From Gemmatimonadota bacterium (GTDB taxonomy: Bacteria > Gemmatimonadota > Gemmatimonadetes > Gemmatimonadales > GWC2-71-9), in NCBI GenBank assembly GCA_041499375.1, contig JBGQKD010000004.1:1137-65136 (forward strand): DNA of 64,000 nucleotides, given 5' to 3'. The notes beneath the pieces are model-generated. The model ran no database searches. It worked only from the letters and a program-made list of their open reading frames with translations, and was not told the DNA's origin. The stretch's first letter is position 1; the number at the start of each line of letters is the position of its first letter. Below, one piece after another: positions 26,772 through 34,733 of this stretch. The position numbers and the translations under genes are program-made.

Positions 26772-27260
26772 TCAATCCACAAACGCCCACAGCAACTCCC
26801 GGCTTTCCCGGTCGAGAGCCCCGGGCCTGCCGAGGTGATACAAATCCCCCGCGAGGTCGCGGATCAACAGGCCGCCGTGCGGCAATGTGCGCGGCCAATC
26901 ATCGAGCCTCGTCTGGAACGTGCGGGGACCCTGCTGCGTCTCGACTCGCCAGCGGCGAATCTCGACTTCCTCGTCGATCTCCAGCACGCGCGTCACCTCG
27001 AACACGAACCCCGCGACCGCGAGCGCCAACTCCAGCGCCGCGCGCGAGCGGGGATCGAGGTCGGCGGGATCCCGCACCAGGGCAAACTCCTCTTCGTCTG
27101 CATCCCGCAGCGACAGGTGCCGCGTGGGCTCCGACCACGGGAAGCAGCGCCGTACCGACACGGCACGCTCTTCGTCTCCCAGCAGCGCCCAGAGCGAGCC
27201 ATCACCGCGCCATTCCAGCGCCAACGTTCCCGTATACGGCTTCGAGGCAAGCGCCGTCAT
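26772..27260 (-). CDS. DUF1854-like protein
   Basis: 162 aa; the CFPWSEP..LSLRD and VETQQGPRTFQTRLDDWP segments match my recollection of DUF1854. Encoded 13 nt downstream of a fused ABC exporter, the usual partner of that family. Confidence 0.7.
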   Translation of the reverse strand: MTALASKPYTGTLALEWRGDGSLWALLGDEERAVSVRRCFPWSEPTRHLSLRDADEEEFALVRDPADLDPRSRAALELALAVAGFVFEVTRVLEIDEEVEIRRWRVETQQGPRTFQTRLDDWPRTLPHGGLLIRDLAGDLYHLGRPGALDRESRELLWAFVD

Positions 27261-27273
27261 AAAGCCTCCTTTC

Positions 27274-29541
27274 TCACTGGAGCTGTACCTGCAGCTCGTA
27301 CAAGTGCCGATACTTCCCCTCTGCGTTCGCGAGCAGTTCGGCGTGCGACCCGTGCTCGACCAGCCGTCCGTCCTCGATCACGAACAGCCGCGACGCTTTG
27401 CGGAGCGTCGACAGCCGATGCGCGATCGCGAGCACCGTCCGACCCGCCACCAACCGCTCGAGTGCCTCCTGGATCTCGCGCTCGGTCTCCGTGTCCACGC
27501 TGCTCGTCGCCTCGTCCAGAATGAGGATCCGAGGATCGTGGAGGATCGCGCGCGCGATCGAGACGCGCTGGCGCTCACCACCCGACAACGTGTGTCCGCG
27601 CTCCCCCACCACCGTGTCGTAGCCGTGCTGCAGCTTGGTGATGAAGTCATGGGCATTCGCCGCCTGCGCCGCCGCGACGACCTGATGTAACGGCGCCTCG
27701 GGCAGGCCGTAGCGGATGTTCTCCAGCACCGTCCCGTGAAACAGGTACGGATCCTGGAGCACCATGCCGATCTGCCGGCGGTAGTGGCCCGTATCGAGGC
27801 GCCTGAGATCGACGCCATCGATCCGAATCGCTCCCCCGCTCACGTCGTAAAACCGCGCGATCAGGTTGACGATCGTCGTCTTGCCACCGCCCGACGGGCC
27901 GACGAGCCCGATCAGCTCGCCCGGCACCACATCGAAGCTCACGCCCCGCAACACCTGACGGACGCCGTCGTAGCCGAACGTCACATGCTCGAACGTAACC
28001 CGTCCGTGCACCGGCTCGAGCCGCACCGGCTCCGCCACGTCGCGGATCTCCGGCTCGGTGTCGAGCACCTCGAACACGCGGTGCGCCGACGTCGTGGCCC
28101 GGTTGATCGTCCGCGCCATCTGCCCGATCACTTCGATCGGAGCGCCGAACATCGTCGTGTAGAGCAGGAACGAGACGAACGTTCCTACCGGCAACTGCGC
28201 GCCACTCCCAAGGAGCCGCGGCACCGCGAACACCCACACGGCGACCGTCATCATGTGCACGCCGAGCATCAGCATGGGCCAGAACCTGGTCCACGACGCG
28301 TGAATGCGGTTGAACTCCGCCGTCACGTCCTCGTTGCGCTCGCCAAAGCGTCCGATCTCCCGCTGCTCCTGGTTGAACGCCTTGACCACGCGGATGCCCG
28401 GGATCGTGTCCGACAGCACGTCGGTCACCCGTGACCATTTGCGCCACGCGCGGATGAAGAGCCGGGTGATCTCTTCGCTGTGCCGGTAGATCAGCCAGCA
28501 GAAGAGCGGCACCGGCAGGGTCATCACCAGACCCAGCCGCCAGTCGAGCGTCAGCAACACGGTCCCCAGACCCACGAGCATCACGAGCGACAGCGACACG
28601 TCCACGACACCGAACGCCAGGAAGTCCCATAGCCGGTCGGTATCGGCGGAGACTCGCGTGATCAGGCTGCCGGTACGCTTGCGCGAGAAGAACGCCAGGC
28701 TGAGCCGCTGAATGTGCTCGTACAGCTCGGAGCGGAGGTCGCGAGCGACCCACTCACCCAGGATCGACATCAGCCGCAGCCGCACGTGTGCCGCCGCCTG
28801 GCGGACCAGATAGACGGCCGCCATCGCCGCGACCGCGAGCCACGCAATCGTGCCGGCGCGCGCCAACGACAGCGTTCCCGCCTGCGCCGGCCGCACCACG
28901 CGGTCGATCAGGTGGCCCGCCAGGTACGGCGGCACCAGGCTGACCAGGGTGATCACCGTCGCGGCGGCCATTCCCAGCGTCAGCTGCCGGCGATACGGTT
29001 TGAGGTAGCCAAGCAGCCGCCGGATCACCGCGGTCTGCCGGCCGGAGACGAGCGCCTGAGCATCGCGGATCGGGCGCGCGACGCTTTCCGCGTAGAGGCG
29101 GTCCGCATCGGCGGCCACCAGCTCTCGCTCATGCCCCTGGACCTGCTCCTCGAGCACGAACCGGATGTTCTCGAATGCCCGACGCTGCCGGTGCGTATAG
29201 CGCAGCAACGCCAGCGCCGGCTCACCCGGAGCGCCGAGGATCGTCAGGGTATTGGCCGACAGCCCGGGCGCTTCTCGGACCGCCTCGATGAGCGACCGTT
29301 CGAGGCTCCGCACATGCCACCCGTCGCTCTCGCGCCTGGCCACCGCGATGTGCCGTGGACCCAGGGCCAACCACGCCTCGGTGAGCCGCAGGCTCTGGTC
29401 GAGATCGGCGAGCGCGTACAGCTGGACCGGCGCGCCCTGCCAGGCGTGCTCGATCTGCCGGCGCAGCTCCACGGGGAGCCGCGTCGGCTGGGCGGTGTAG
29501 CGCTCGATGATGTGGTCGTCGAGATGTTCCAGCGTGCTCAT
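27274..29541 (-). CDS. ABC exporter, fused permease/ATPase, with ~170-aa N-terminal cytoplasmic extension
   Basis: Six-helix TMD, Walker A GPSGGGKTT, signature LSGGERQR, Walker B ILILDEATS. ATG preceded by GAGGA. Confidence 0.92.
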   Translation of the reverse strand: MSTLEHLDDHIIERYTAQPTRLPVELRRQIEHAWQGAPVQLYALADLDQSLRLTEAWLALGPRHIAVARRESDGWHVRSLERSLIEAVREAPGLSANTLTILGAPGEPALALLRYTHRQRRAFENIRFVLEEQVQGHERELVAADADRLYAESVARPIRDAQALVSGRQTAVIRRLLGYLKPYRRQLTLGMAAATVITLVSLVPPYLAGHLIDRVVRPAQAGTLSLARAGTIAWLAVAAMAAVYLVRQAAAHVRLRLMSILGEWVARDLRSELYEHIQRLSLAFFSRKRTGSLITRVSADTDRLWDFLAFGVVDVSLSLVMLVGLGTVLLTLDWRLGLVMTLPVPLFCWLIYRHSEEITRLFIRAWRKWSRVTDVLSDTIPGIRVVKAFNQEQREIGRFGERNEDVTAEFNRIHASWTRFWPMLMLGVHMMTVAVWVFAVPRLLGSGAQLPVGTFVSFLLYTTMFGAPIEVIGQMARTINRATTSAHRVFEVLDTEPEIRDVAEPVRLEPVHGRVTFEHVTFGYDGVRQVLRGVSFDVVPGELIGLVGPSGGGKTTIVNLIARFYDVSGGAIRIDGVDLRRLDTGHYRRQIGMVLQDPYLFHGTVLENIRYGLPEAPLHQVVAAAQAANAHDFITKLQHGYDTVVGERGHTLSGGERQRVSIARAILHDPRILILDEATSSVDTETEREIQEALERLVAGRTVLAIAHRLSTLRKASRLFVIEDGRLVEHGSHAELLANAEGKYRHLYELQVQLQ

Positions 29542-29543
29542 GT

Positions 29544-29616
29544 CCGTGATCCTCGAATCGGGTGTAACAGAACGGCCTCCCAGGTCCCATGAAGCACTCG
29601 GAAGGCCGGATCACGG
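29544..29616 (-). promoter_or_regulatory. predicted 5'-leader hairpin overlapping the Shine-Dalgarno of the ABC exporter gene
   Basis: Perfect 9-bp inverted repeat CCGTGATCC/GGATCACGG, extended by GGCCTTCC/GGGAGGCC. The 3' arm ends 2 nt before the ATG and overlaps GAGGA. Confidence 0.3.
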
Positions 29617-29848
29617 CGCGAACTCGATCCGATCGACTTCTAGGGTGCTCCTCCACCTCCACCGGCGCCGGCAATGCCGGACGCAATACGCCCACGCGCG
29701 TCGACAATTGGCGCGAACCGGCAGAGCATGCCCGGCCCTCCCCAGATGCGGCGCAGCATCGGCGTGACGGTGGATTGACGAATCATTGCAGTCCGAGACC
29801 CTTTCGTGCGTGATTCGGGGGGCTACTTGGAGCAAACTAAGACGACGT

Positions 29849-29877
29849 ACGTGAACGGTCAAGCCGAAGATTCACGT
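29849..29877. promoter_or_regulatory. inverted repeat ACGTGAA-N15-TTCACGT upstream of the lipoprotein gene (candidate operator)
   Basis: 7-bp perfect arms, 24-52 nt upstream of ATG 29901. A third CGTGAT half-site lies near 29809. Confidence 0.2.
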
Positions 29878-29900
29878 TCGGACCGCTTTACATTTCTCCA

Positions 29901-30668
29901 ATGCGCCGTCGCACGGTTGCAGGGCTCATCGCCGTTACGATTTCCGGCAGCTGTGGCGGGCCCTTGCCGACAAGCGGGAGTGCCAGCGGCACGCCCGCTG
30001 CGATCGCGCAGGTGCGACTGTTCGACGAGGAGCGTGGCACAGATCTCACCGTGCACACGGGCCTTCCCGACGATCAGTCCGTACGCCTTGAGGTACGTCT
30101 GTTCGCGCCCGACGGTCACCGCCTCACAGACATCGTCGGCGGCATCGAGTTGGCGCTGCAATTCAGCCCGGAATCGCTCGCCACATCCGTGCCCATTCCT
30201 GGACGACCGCTGGAGCGGATCGTCACGGCCACCGCACCCGTCGGGACGAGCGGCACCCAACGCGTATCGTTGTCCTTCGGCGATGGATCCGCGAAGTCGT
30301 TCGGACCATTTCATGTGCAAGTCCAATCGGGCACGCATACCGAAGGAGAATTCCGCCTATTCGATGCCTTCAACGCCGATTTCACCCAGCACGTCCCGCT
30401 GGTCTCCGGGGATACGACGCGGCTCGAAGTGAGGCTGTACGACTCGACGGGGACGCGGCGGACCAACATCCCGGGCGGCGCCGAAGTCACCTTCCGATTC
30501 GACCCCGATTCGCTCGCCGCGGCCGCACCGATCCCGGGCTTGCCGTTCTGGAAGGCGGTGACCCCAACGTCGACGGTCGGAACGGAAGGTTCGCTGTTCG
30601 TATCGGTCCTTTTCCTCGCTGACAGCTCGACCAAGACCTACGGTCCGATTCAAGTTCTGGTGCATTGA
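29901..30668 (+). CDS. putative lipoprotein made of two tandem ~107-aa repeats
   Basis: MRRRTVAGLIAVTISGSC signal with lipobox-like end. Two internal repeats share RLFD, RLEVRL, SLA, PIPG, VGT and GP..V.V. Confidence 0.7.
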   Translation: MRRRTVAGLIAVTISGSCGGPLPTSGSASGTPAAIAQVRLFDEERGTDLTVHTGLPDDQSVRLEVRLFAPDGHRLTDIVGGIELALQFSPESLATSVPIPGRPLERIVTATAPVGTSGTQRVSLSFGDGSAKSFGPFHVQVQSGTHTEGEFRLFDAFNADFTQHVPLVSGDTTRLEVRLYDSTGTRRTNIPGGAEVTFRFDPDSLAAAAPIPGLPFWKAVTPTSTVGTEGSLFVSVLFLADSSTKTYGPIQVLVH

Positions 30669-30699
30669 GCTCGCGCTAGTCCTCGCGGCGACGCCGGCG

Positions 30700-31857
30700 G
30701 TGGCCCAGCACGAAGGCCACATGATGGGCGCCGTCTACCCGCCATTCGGCTCGGGAACCTCGTGGCTGCCGGCGGTGGCGCCGATGCGCGGCTTTCATTT
30801 CCAAGCGTCCGAGTGGAGGGTGATGGTTCACGGCAGCGTCTTCGGTCAGTTCATTCAGGAATTTGGCCCGCGCGGCAACTACCAACTGGGCAGTATCAAC
30901 TGGGTCATGGGCGATGCGTCGCGACCACTCGCGGGGGGAACCTTCACCGGTCGCATGATGGCGAGTGCCGAGTACTTCACCGTCACGCGGGCAGGCTATC
31001 CGCAGCTGTTGCAGGTCGCGCAGCCATACCGCGGCGGTACGGTCACCGATCGCATGCACCCCCATGAGCTGTTGAGTGAAGTCGCGGTTATGTACGATCG
31101 CCCCCTCCGAGACGACTGGCGCTGGACTGTGTATCTCGCTGCCGTCGGCGAGCCGGCGCTTGGTCCGGTCGCGTACTTGCATCGTCCCTCGGCCGCCAAC
31201 GACCCCACCGCCCCGCTCGGCCATCACACTCAGGATGTCACGCATGAGAGTTTTGGCGTCGCCACGCTGGGACTTTTTACGCCGAAGGTTCATCTCGAGG
31301 CGTCGGTCTTCAACGGGGCGCATCCGAACGAGGTCCGGACGAACTTCGATTATCGCGGGGCGCGCTTCAAATCGTTCTCCGCTCGTGTGACCGTGAATCC
31401 GAACGAGCGCTGGAGTCTCGCGGCCTCCGCTGCCTACATCGATCCACACGAGCATGAGCCGCTGCACCGCCTCGAGTTCTCGGCGCTCCATGTGGCCGGA
31501 CGATGGGCGACGTCGTTCATCTGGGGCGCGAACGTGCCGACGGACACGCGGCGTGTGCTGAACACCGCGCTCGTCGAGACCAACGTCGATCTCGACGGGC
31601 GCAACGCCGTCTTCGGCCGCGTCGAATACGTTACGCGGACAACTGAGGAGCTCGCCCTTGTCGGTTCGGTCAGTGAGGAGGTCCGCGTGGGCTCTCTGGC
31701 GCTGGGTTATGCCCGGCGCGTACGCGCGCTGCGCGGCGTGGGGGCATGGCTCGGGGCTCGCGGAGATGTGGACTTCGTCCCCGAACAGCTGCGCCTTTTC
31801 TACGGAAGCCGGACACCCTTGGGGTTCGTCGTCTACCTGCAGCTCCGCCCCTCTTGA
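30700..31857 (+). CDS. conserved hypothetical protein, putative outer-membrane barrel with His/Met-rich mature N-terminus; true start probably upstream
   Basis: HEGHMMGAVYPPFGSGTSWLP..GPRG..MHPHELL..GEPALGP. The frame is open from 30562 and encodes a signal-peptide-like stretch with no ATG/GTG/TTG. Confidence 0.7.
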   Translation: MAQHEGHMMGAVYPPFGSGTSWLPAVAPMRGFHFQASEWRVMVHGSVFGQFIQEFGPRGNYQLGSINWVMGDASRPLAGGTFTGRMMASAEYFTVTRAGYPQLLQVAQPYRGGTVTDRMHPHELLSEVAVMYDRPLRDDWRWTVYLAAVGEPALGPVAYLHRPSAANDPTAPLGHHTQDVTHESFGVATLGLFTPKVHLEASVFNGAHPNEVRTNFDYRGARFKSFSARVTVNPNERWSLAASAAYIDPHEHEPLHRLEFSALHVAGRWATSFIWGANVPTDTRRVLNTALVETNVDLDGRNAVFGRVEYVTRTTEELALVGSVSEEVRVGSLALGYARRVRALRGVGAWLGARGDVDFVPEQLRLFYGSRTPLGFVVYLQLRPS

Positions 31858-31870
31858 CGATGGGGCACGA

Positions 31871-33346
31871 TCACCCCCGAATCGGGCGTCCCGACGCGAA
31901 ATCGAACAGGGTGGCGCGGCGCAAGCGGTAGAGCGCCGCCCAGTAGCCGCGCAGTGCCTGAACGTACTGGAGCACCGCCTGGTCCTTTTCTGCCTGGGCG
32001 ATGTACAGGTTGTCGATCGTGATGCGGCCGATCACGTAGCGATTGTACGCCACCTCGAACCGCTTGGCGGCGACGCTGTCCGACTTGGCGACGAGCAACA
32101 CGGTGCGGCGTGCCTGCGCCAGTTCAAGCGCGGCGAAGCGCGCGTCGTGCGCGACCTGGCCCAGGGTGGCCGCCGAGAGGTTCGTGACCCGCTCGCGGTC
32201 GGCCTGCGCCGCCCGCACCCCTTCCTGATGGGCGCCCCACTGCCAGAGCGGAACCTGTACTGAGAGTGTGAAGCGCCGAGCCTCGAGCAGGTTCTGATAG
32301 GCGAGGCTCGCCTCCGGCGCCGTGGCGTTGAATCCGTAACTGGCCTGCACCGTGGCACCGGCGCCCGAGCGAAGACGCGCCTCGGCGACGCTCCGCCGGG
32401 CCTGGACGTCATCGAGGGCGACAGTCGTCACCGCGGCGCGATTCTTCAACGCTTCGGCCACAGCCCGAGCCGTGTCGGCCTCGAACTCGGGGACCTCCCC
32501 CGTCACGGCGACCCCGACCGGCATCCCGGGGGGAAGATCGAGCGCGAGGCGCAGGGCATCGGTCGCGCGTTCGTGCTCCAGCCGCGCCGACTCGAGGGCG
32601 GTGCGGGACCGGAGCAACGCGAGCTCGCTCTGCAGCAGGTCGTTCTCCCCGATCTTGCCGACCTCGAACCGCCCGGTGTTCAGGCGGTACAGCGTGTCGT
32701 TCACCGCGGCGTTCGTCACGGCGTTCTCGAGCGCGACCCGGGCGGCGTACACATCGAAGAACAGCGTGGCCGTTTGGAGAGCCACATCCTCCATCGCTTC
32801 GAGGAATGCGCGTTCGTTCAGCTCGGCGCGCACCGCGTCCTCCTGACCGTCCCATGCGGCGGTGTTCGGACGGAAGATGTCCTGCCGCAATCCCACCGAT
32901 ACCGGCGTCGAAGACCACGACTGGTAGGCTGCCGGGCCGCTCACCCTGAGCCGCGCCAGCGACGAGGACACAAACAGGTCCCCGCCCGTAACCGGGAGTT
33001 TCTGAGCGAGGGTGACCGAGACGCTGGCGTCGGTCTGCTGCTGGGGCACGAACTCGGTGCTGCCGTCATCCCGGAGCACTGGAATGATCGATTTGTTGTA
33101 CGACGGCACCGTTCCTCCGAGGGACAGCTGCGGCAGCAGCCCCGAGCGGTACGCACGGTGGCGGTAGCGCCCCGATTCACGTGCCGCCCGCGCAGCGCGG
33201 GCCTGGTGCCCGCGCTGCTGCGCGAGCGCGATGGCTTCCGACAGCGTGATCGCCTGGGAGGAATCCGGAGGCGCCGTCTGGGCGAGCGTGGGTGTCACGA
33301 ACGCGCCTAGAGCGAGGGCCAGGGTGATGCACACGCGGTTGTTCAT
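31871..33346 (-). CDS. TolC-family outer-membrane efflux protein
   Basis: Signal peptide, LSEAIALAQQ start, and two OEP repeats. Confidence 0.9.
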   Translation of the reverse strand: MNNRVCITLALALGAFVTPTLAQTAPPDSSQAITLSEAIALAQQRGHQARAARAARESGRYRHRAYRSGLLPQLSLGGTVPSYNKSIIPVLRDDGSTEFVPQQQTDASVSVTLAQKLPVTGGDLFVSSSLARLRVSGPAAYQSWSSTPVSVGLRQDIFRPNTAAWDGQEDAVRAELNERAFLEAMEDVALQTATLFFDVYAARVALENAVTNAAVNDTLYRLNTGRFEVGKIGENDLLQSELALLRSRTALESARLEHERATDALRLALDLPPGMPVGVAVTGEVPEFEADTARAVAEALKNRAAVTTVALDDVQARRSVAEARLRSGAGATVQASYGFNATAPEASLAYQNLLEARRFTLSVQVPLWQWGAHQEGVRAAQADRERVTNLSAATLGQVAHDARFAALELAQARRTVLLVAKSDSVAAKRFEVAYNRYVIGRITIDNLYIAQAEKDQAVLQYVQALRGYWAALYRLRRATLFDFASGRPIRG

Positions 33347-33350
33347 GAGA

Positions 33351-34733
33351 TCACTCGTAGCGAAGGCAGACGACTGGGTCCTGTCGCGCGGCGCGGTAGG
33401 CGGGTACGATCCCGAACGCGATGCCCACGGTGAACGACACGCCGAAGGCGACGAAGACGGACAGAGATGACACGATCGTGGTGATTCCCGCGAAGCGCTC
33501 GATGCCTATCGACAGGCCGACGCCGACGAGAATACCGGCCACGCCCCCGGCCACGCTGATCAGCACCGCCTCGCTCAGGAACTGAAAGAGGATGTCTTTC
33601 TGGGTGGCACCCATGGCGCGGCGCACCCCGATCTCCCGGATCCGCTCCAGGACCGACGCGAGCATGATGTTCATGATCCCGATGCCGCCCACCACGAGTG
33701 AAATGGAGGCGATGGCGCCCAGCACGACGTTGAAGATCGTCTTGGTGCGCTGCTCCTGGCGGAGCAGCAGCTCCGGCACGGTGATTTCGAAATCCACCAC
33801 CGTGTTGTGTCGCCGGGCGAGCATCCGCTGCAACACGTCGGCGACCGGAGACACGTAGCGCGACTCGGTCACGCGCACGATGATGCGATCGAGCTGGTTG
33901 CGGTTGGTGCGCTCTTCACGTTGCTGCTCGGACTCCGTCGGCGCGTCGTTGGTGGTGACGGTGACTTCCCGGGCTGCCTGCTCGATGTCGCGCTGGGTGA
34001 GCTGCGCACGGTTCCGGAAGCGGATGAGCACGGTGCGCACCGGCACGTACACGTCCATGTTGGCGTCGCGGATGCCCAGGCGCTGCGCAGTCTGCTGCGT
34101 AAGGCGACGATCCTGGAGCACGCCGACGACGGTGACCCAGGTCTCGCCGACCTTGAGGGGCCGGCCGATGGGATCCTCGGTCGTGAAGAAGCGCGTGCGG
34201 ACGCCATGGCCGATGATCGCGACGGGGAGCCCGCGCTCGACCTGCAGCGGCGTGAACGTCGTCCCGGTGGCAAGTGCCAGGTTCGTGAGGCGGAAATACG
34301 CGGTGTCCACGCCCACCAACTTTCCCGAACGACGCAGGCCCTCCCGCGTGAGCGACGTATTGAGGACGACCTCCGCGCTCGTCACCTCCACCCCAGGAAC
34401 CACGTGAGCGATCGCCTGGGCGTCCGCGTAGGTGAGGCCGGGCGAGAACTTCGTCACCTTCTTGTCGGGTTGGTCGTCGGCGGGGCCCTCGTGCTGCTCC
34501 ACGAGCGGCGTGATCATCACGTTGTTCGAGCCCAGCAGGCGCATCTGCTCGAGGATTTCACGCTCGGCGCCCTTCCCGATCGCGAGCATCGCAATGACGG
34601 AGGCGACGCCGAACAGGATGCCCAGCGAGGTGAGCGAAGCCCGCAGCTTGTTGTGCTGCACGGCTTCGACCGCCGTGCGCATGCTGAATCCAACGTGCGC
34701 GATGAACTGGCGGCGCAGCTCGGCGAGGTTCAC
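33351..34733 (-). CDS. MacB/DevC-type ABC transporter permease (FtsX domain plus periplasmic domain), no ATPase domain
   Basis: AVEAVQHNKLRASLTSLGILFGVASVI N-terminal helix, a large periplasmic loop, and a C-terminal FtsX 3-helix bundle. Confidence 0.9.
   Translation of the reverse strand: MNLAELRRQFIAHVGFSMRTAVEAVQHNKLRASLTSLGILFGVASVIAMLAIGKGAEREILEQMRLLGSNNVMITPLVEQHEGPADDQPDKKVTKFSPGLTYADAQAIAHVVPGVEVTSAEVVLNTSLTREGLRRSGKLVGVDTAYFRLTNLALATGTTFTPLQVERGLPVAIIGHGVRTRFFTTEDPIGRPLKVGETWVTVVGVLQDRRLTQQTAQRLGIRDANMDVYVPVRTVLIRFRNRAQLTQRDIEQAAREVTVTTNDAPTESEQQREERTNRNQLDRIIVRVTESRYVSPVADVLQRMLARRHNTVVDFEITVPELLLRQEQRTKTIFNVVLGAIASISLVVGGIGIMNIMLASVLERIREIGVRRAMGATQKDILFQFLSEAVLISVAGGVAGILVGVGLSIGIERFAGITTIVSSLSVFVAFGVSFTVGIAFGIVPAYRAARQDPVVCLRYE

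Noticed and set aside
29611-29862. 83-aa minus-strand ORF, plus the overlapping ORFs 29589..29813 and 29507..29767, inside the 360-nt intergenic region.
   Set aside because: They show no coding-type codon bias, no motifs and no ribosome-binding site. The region is treated as non-coding or regulatory.
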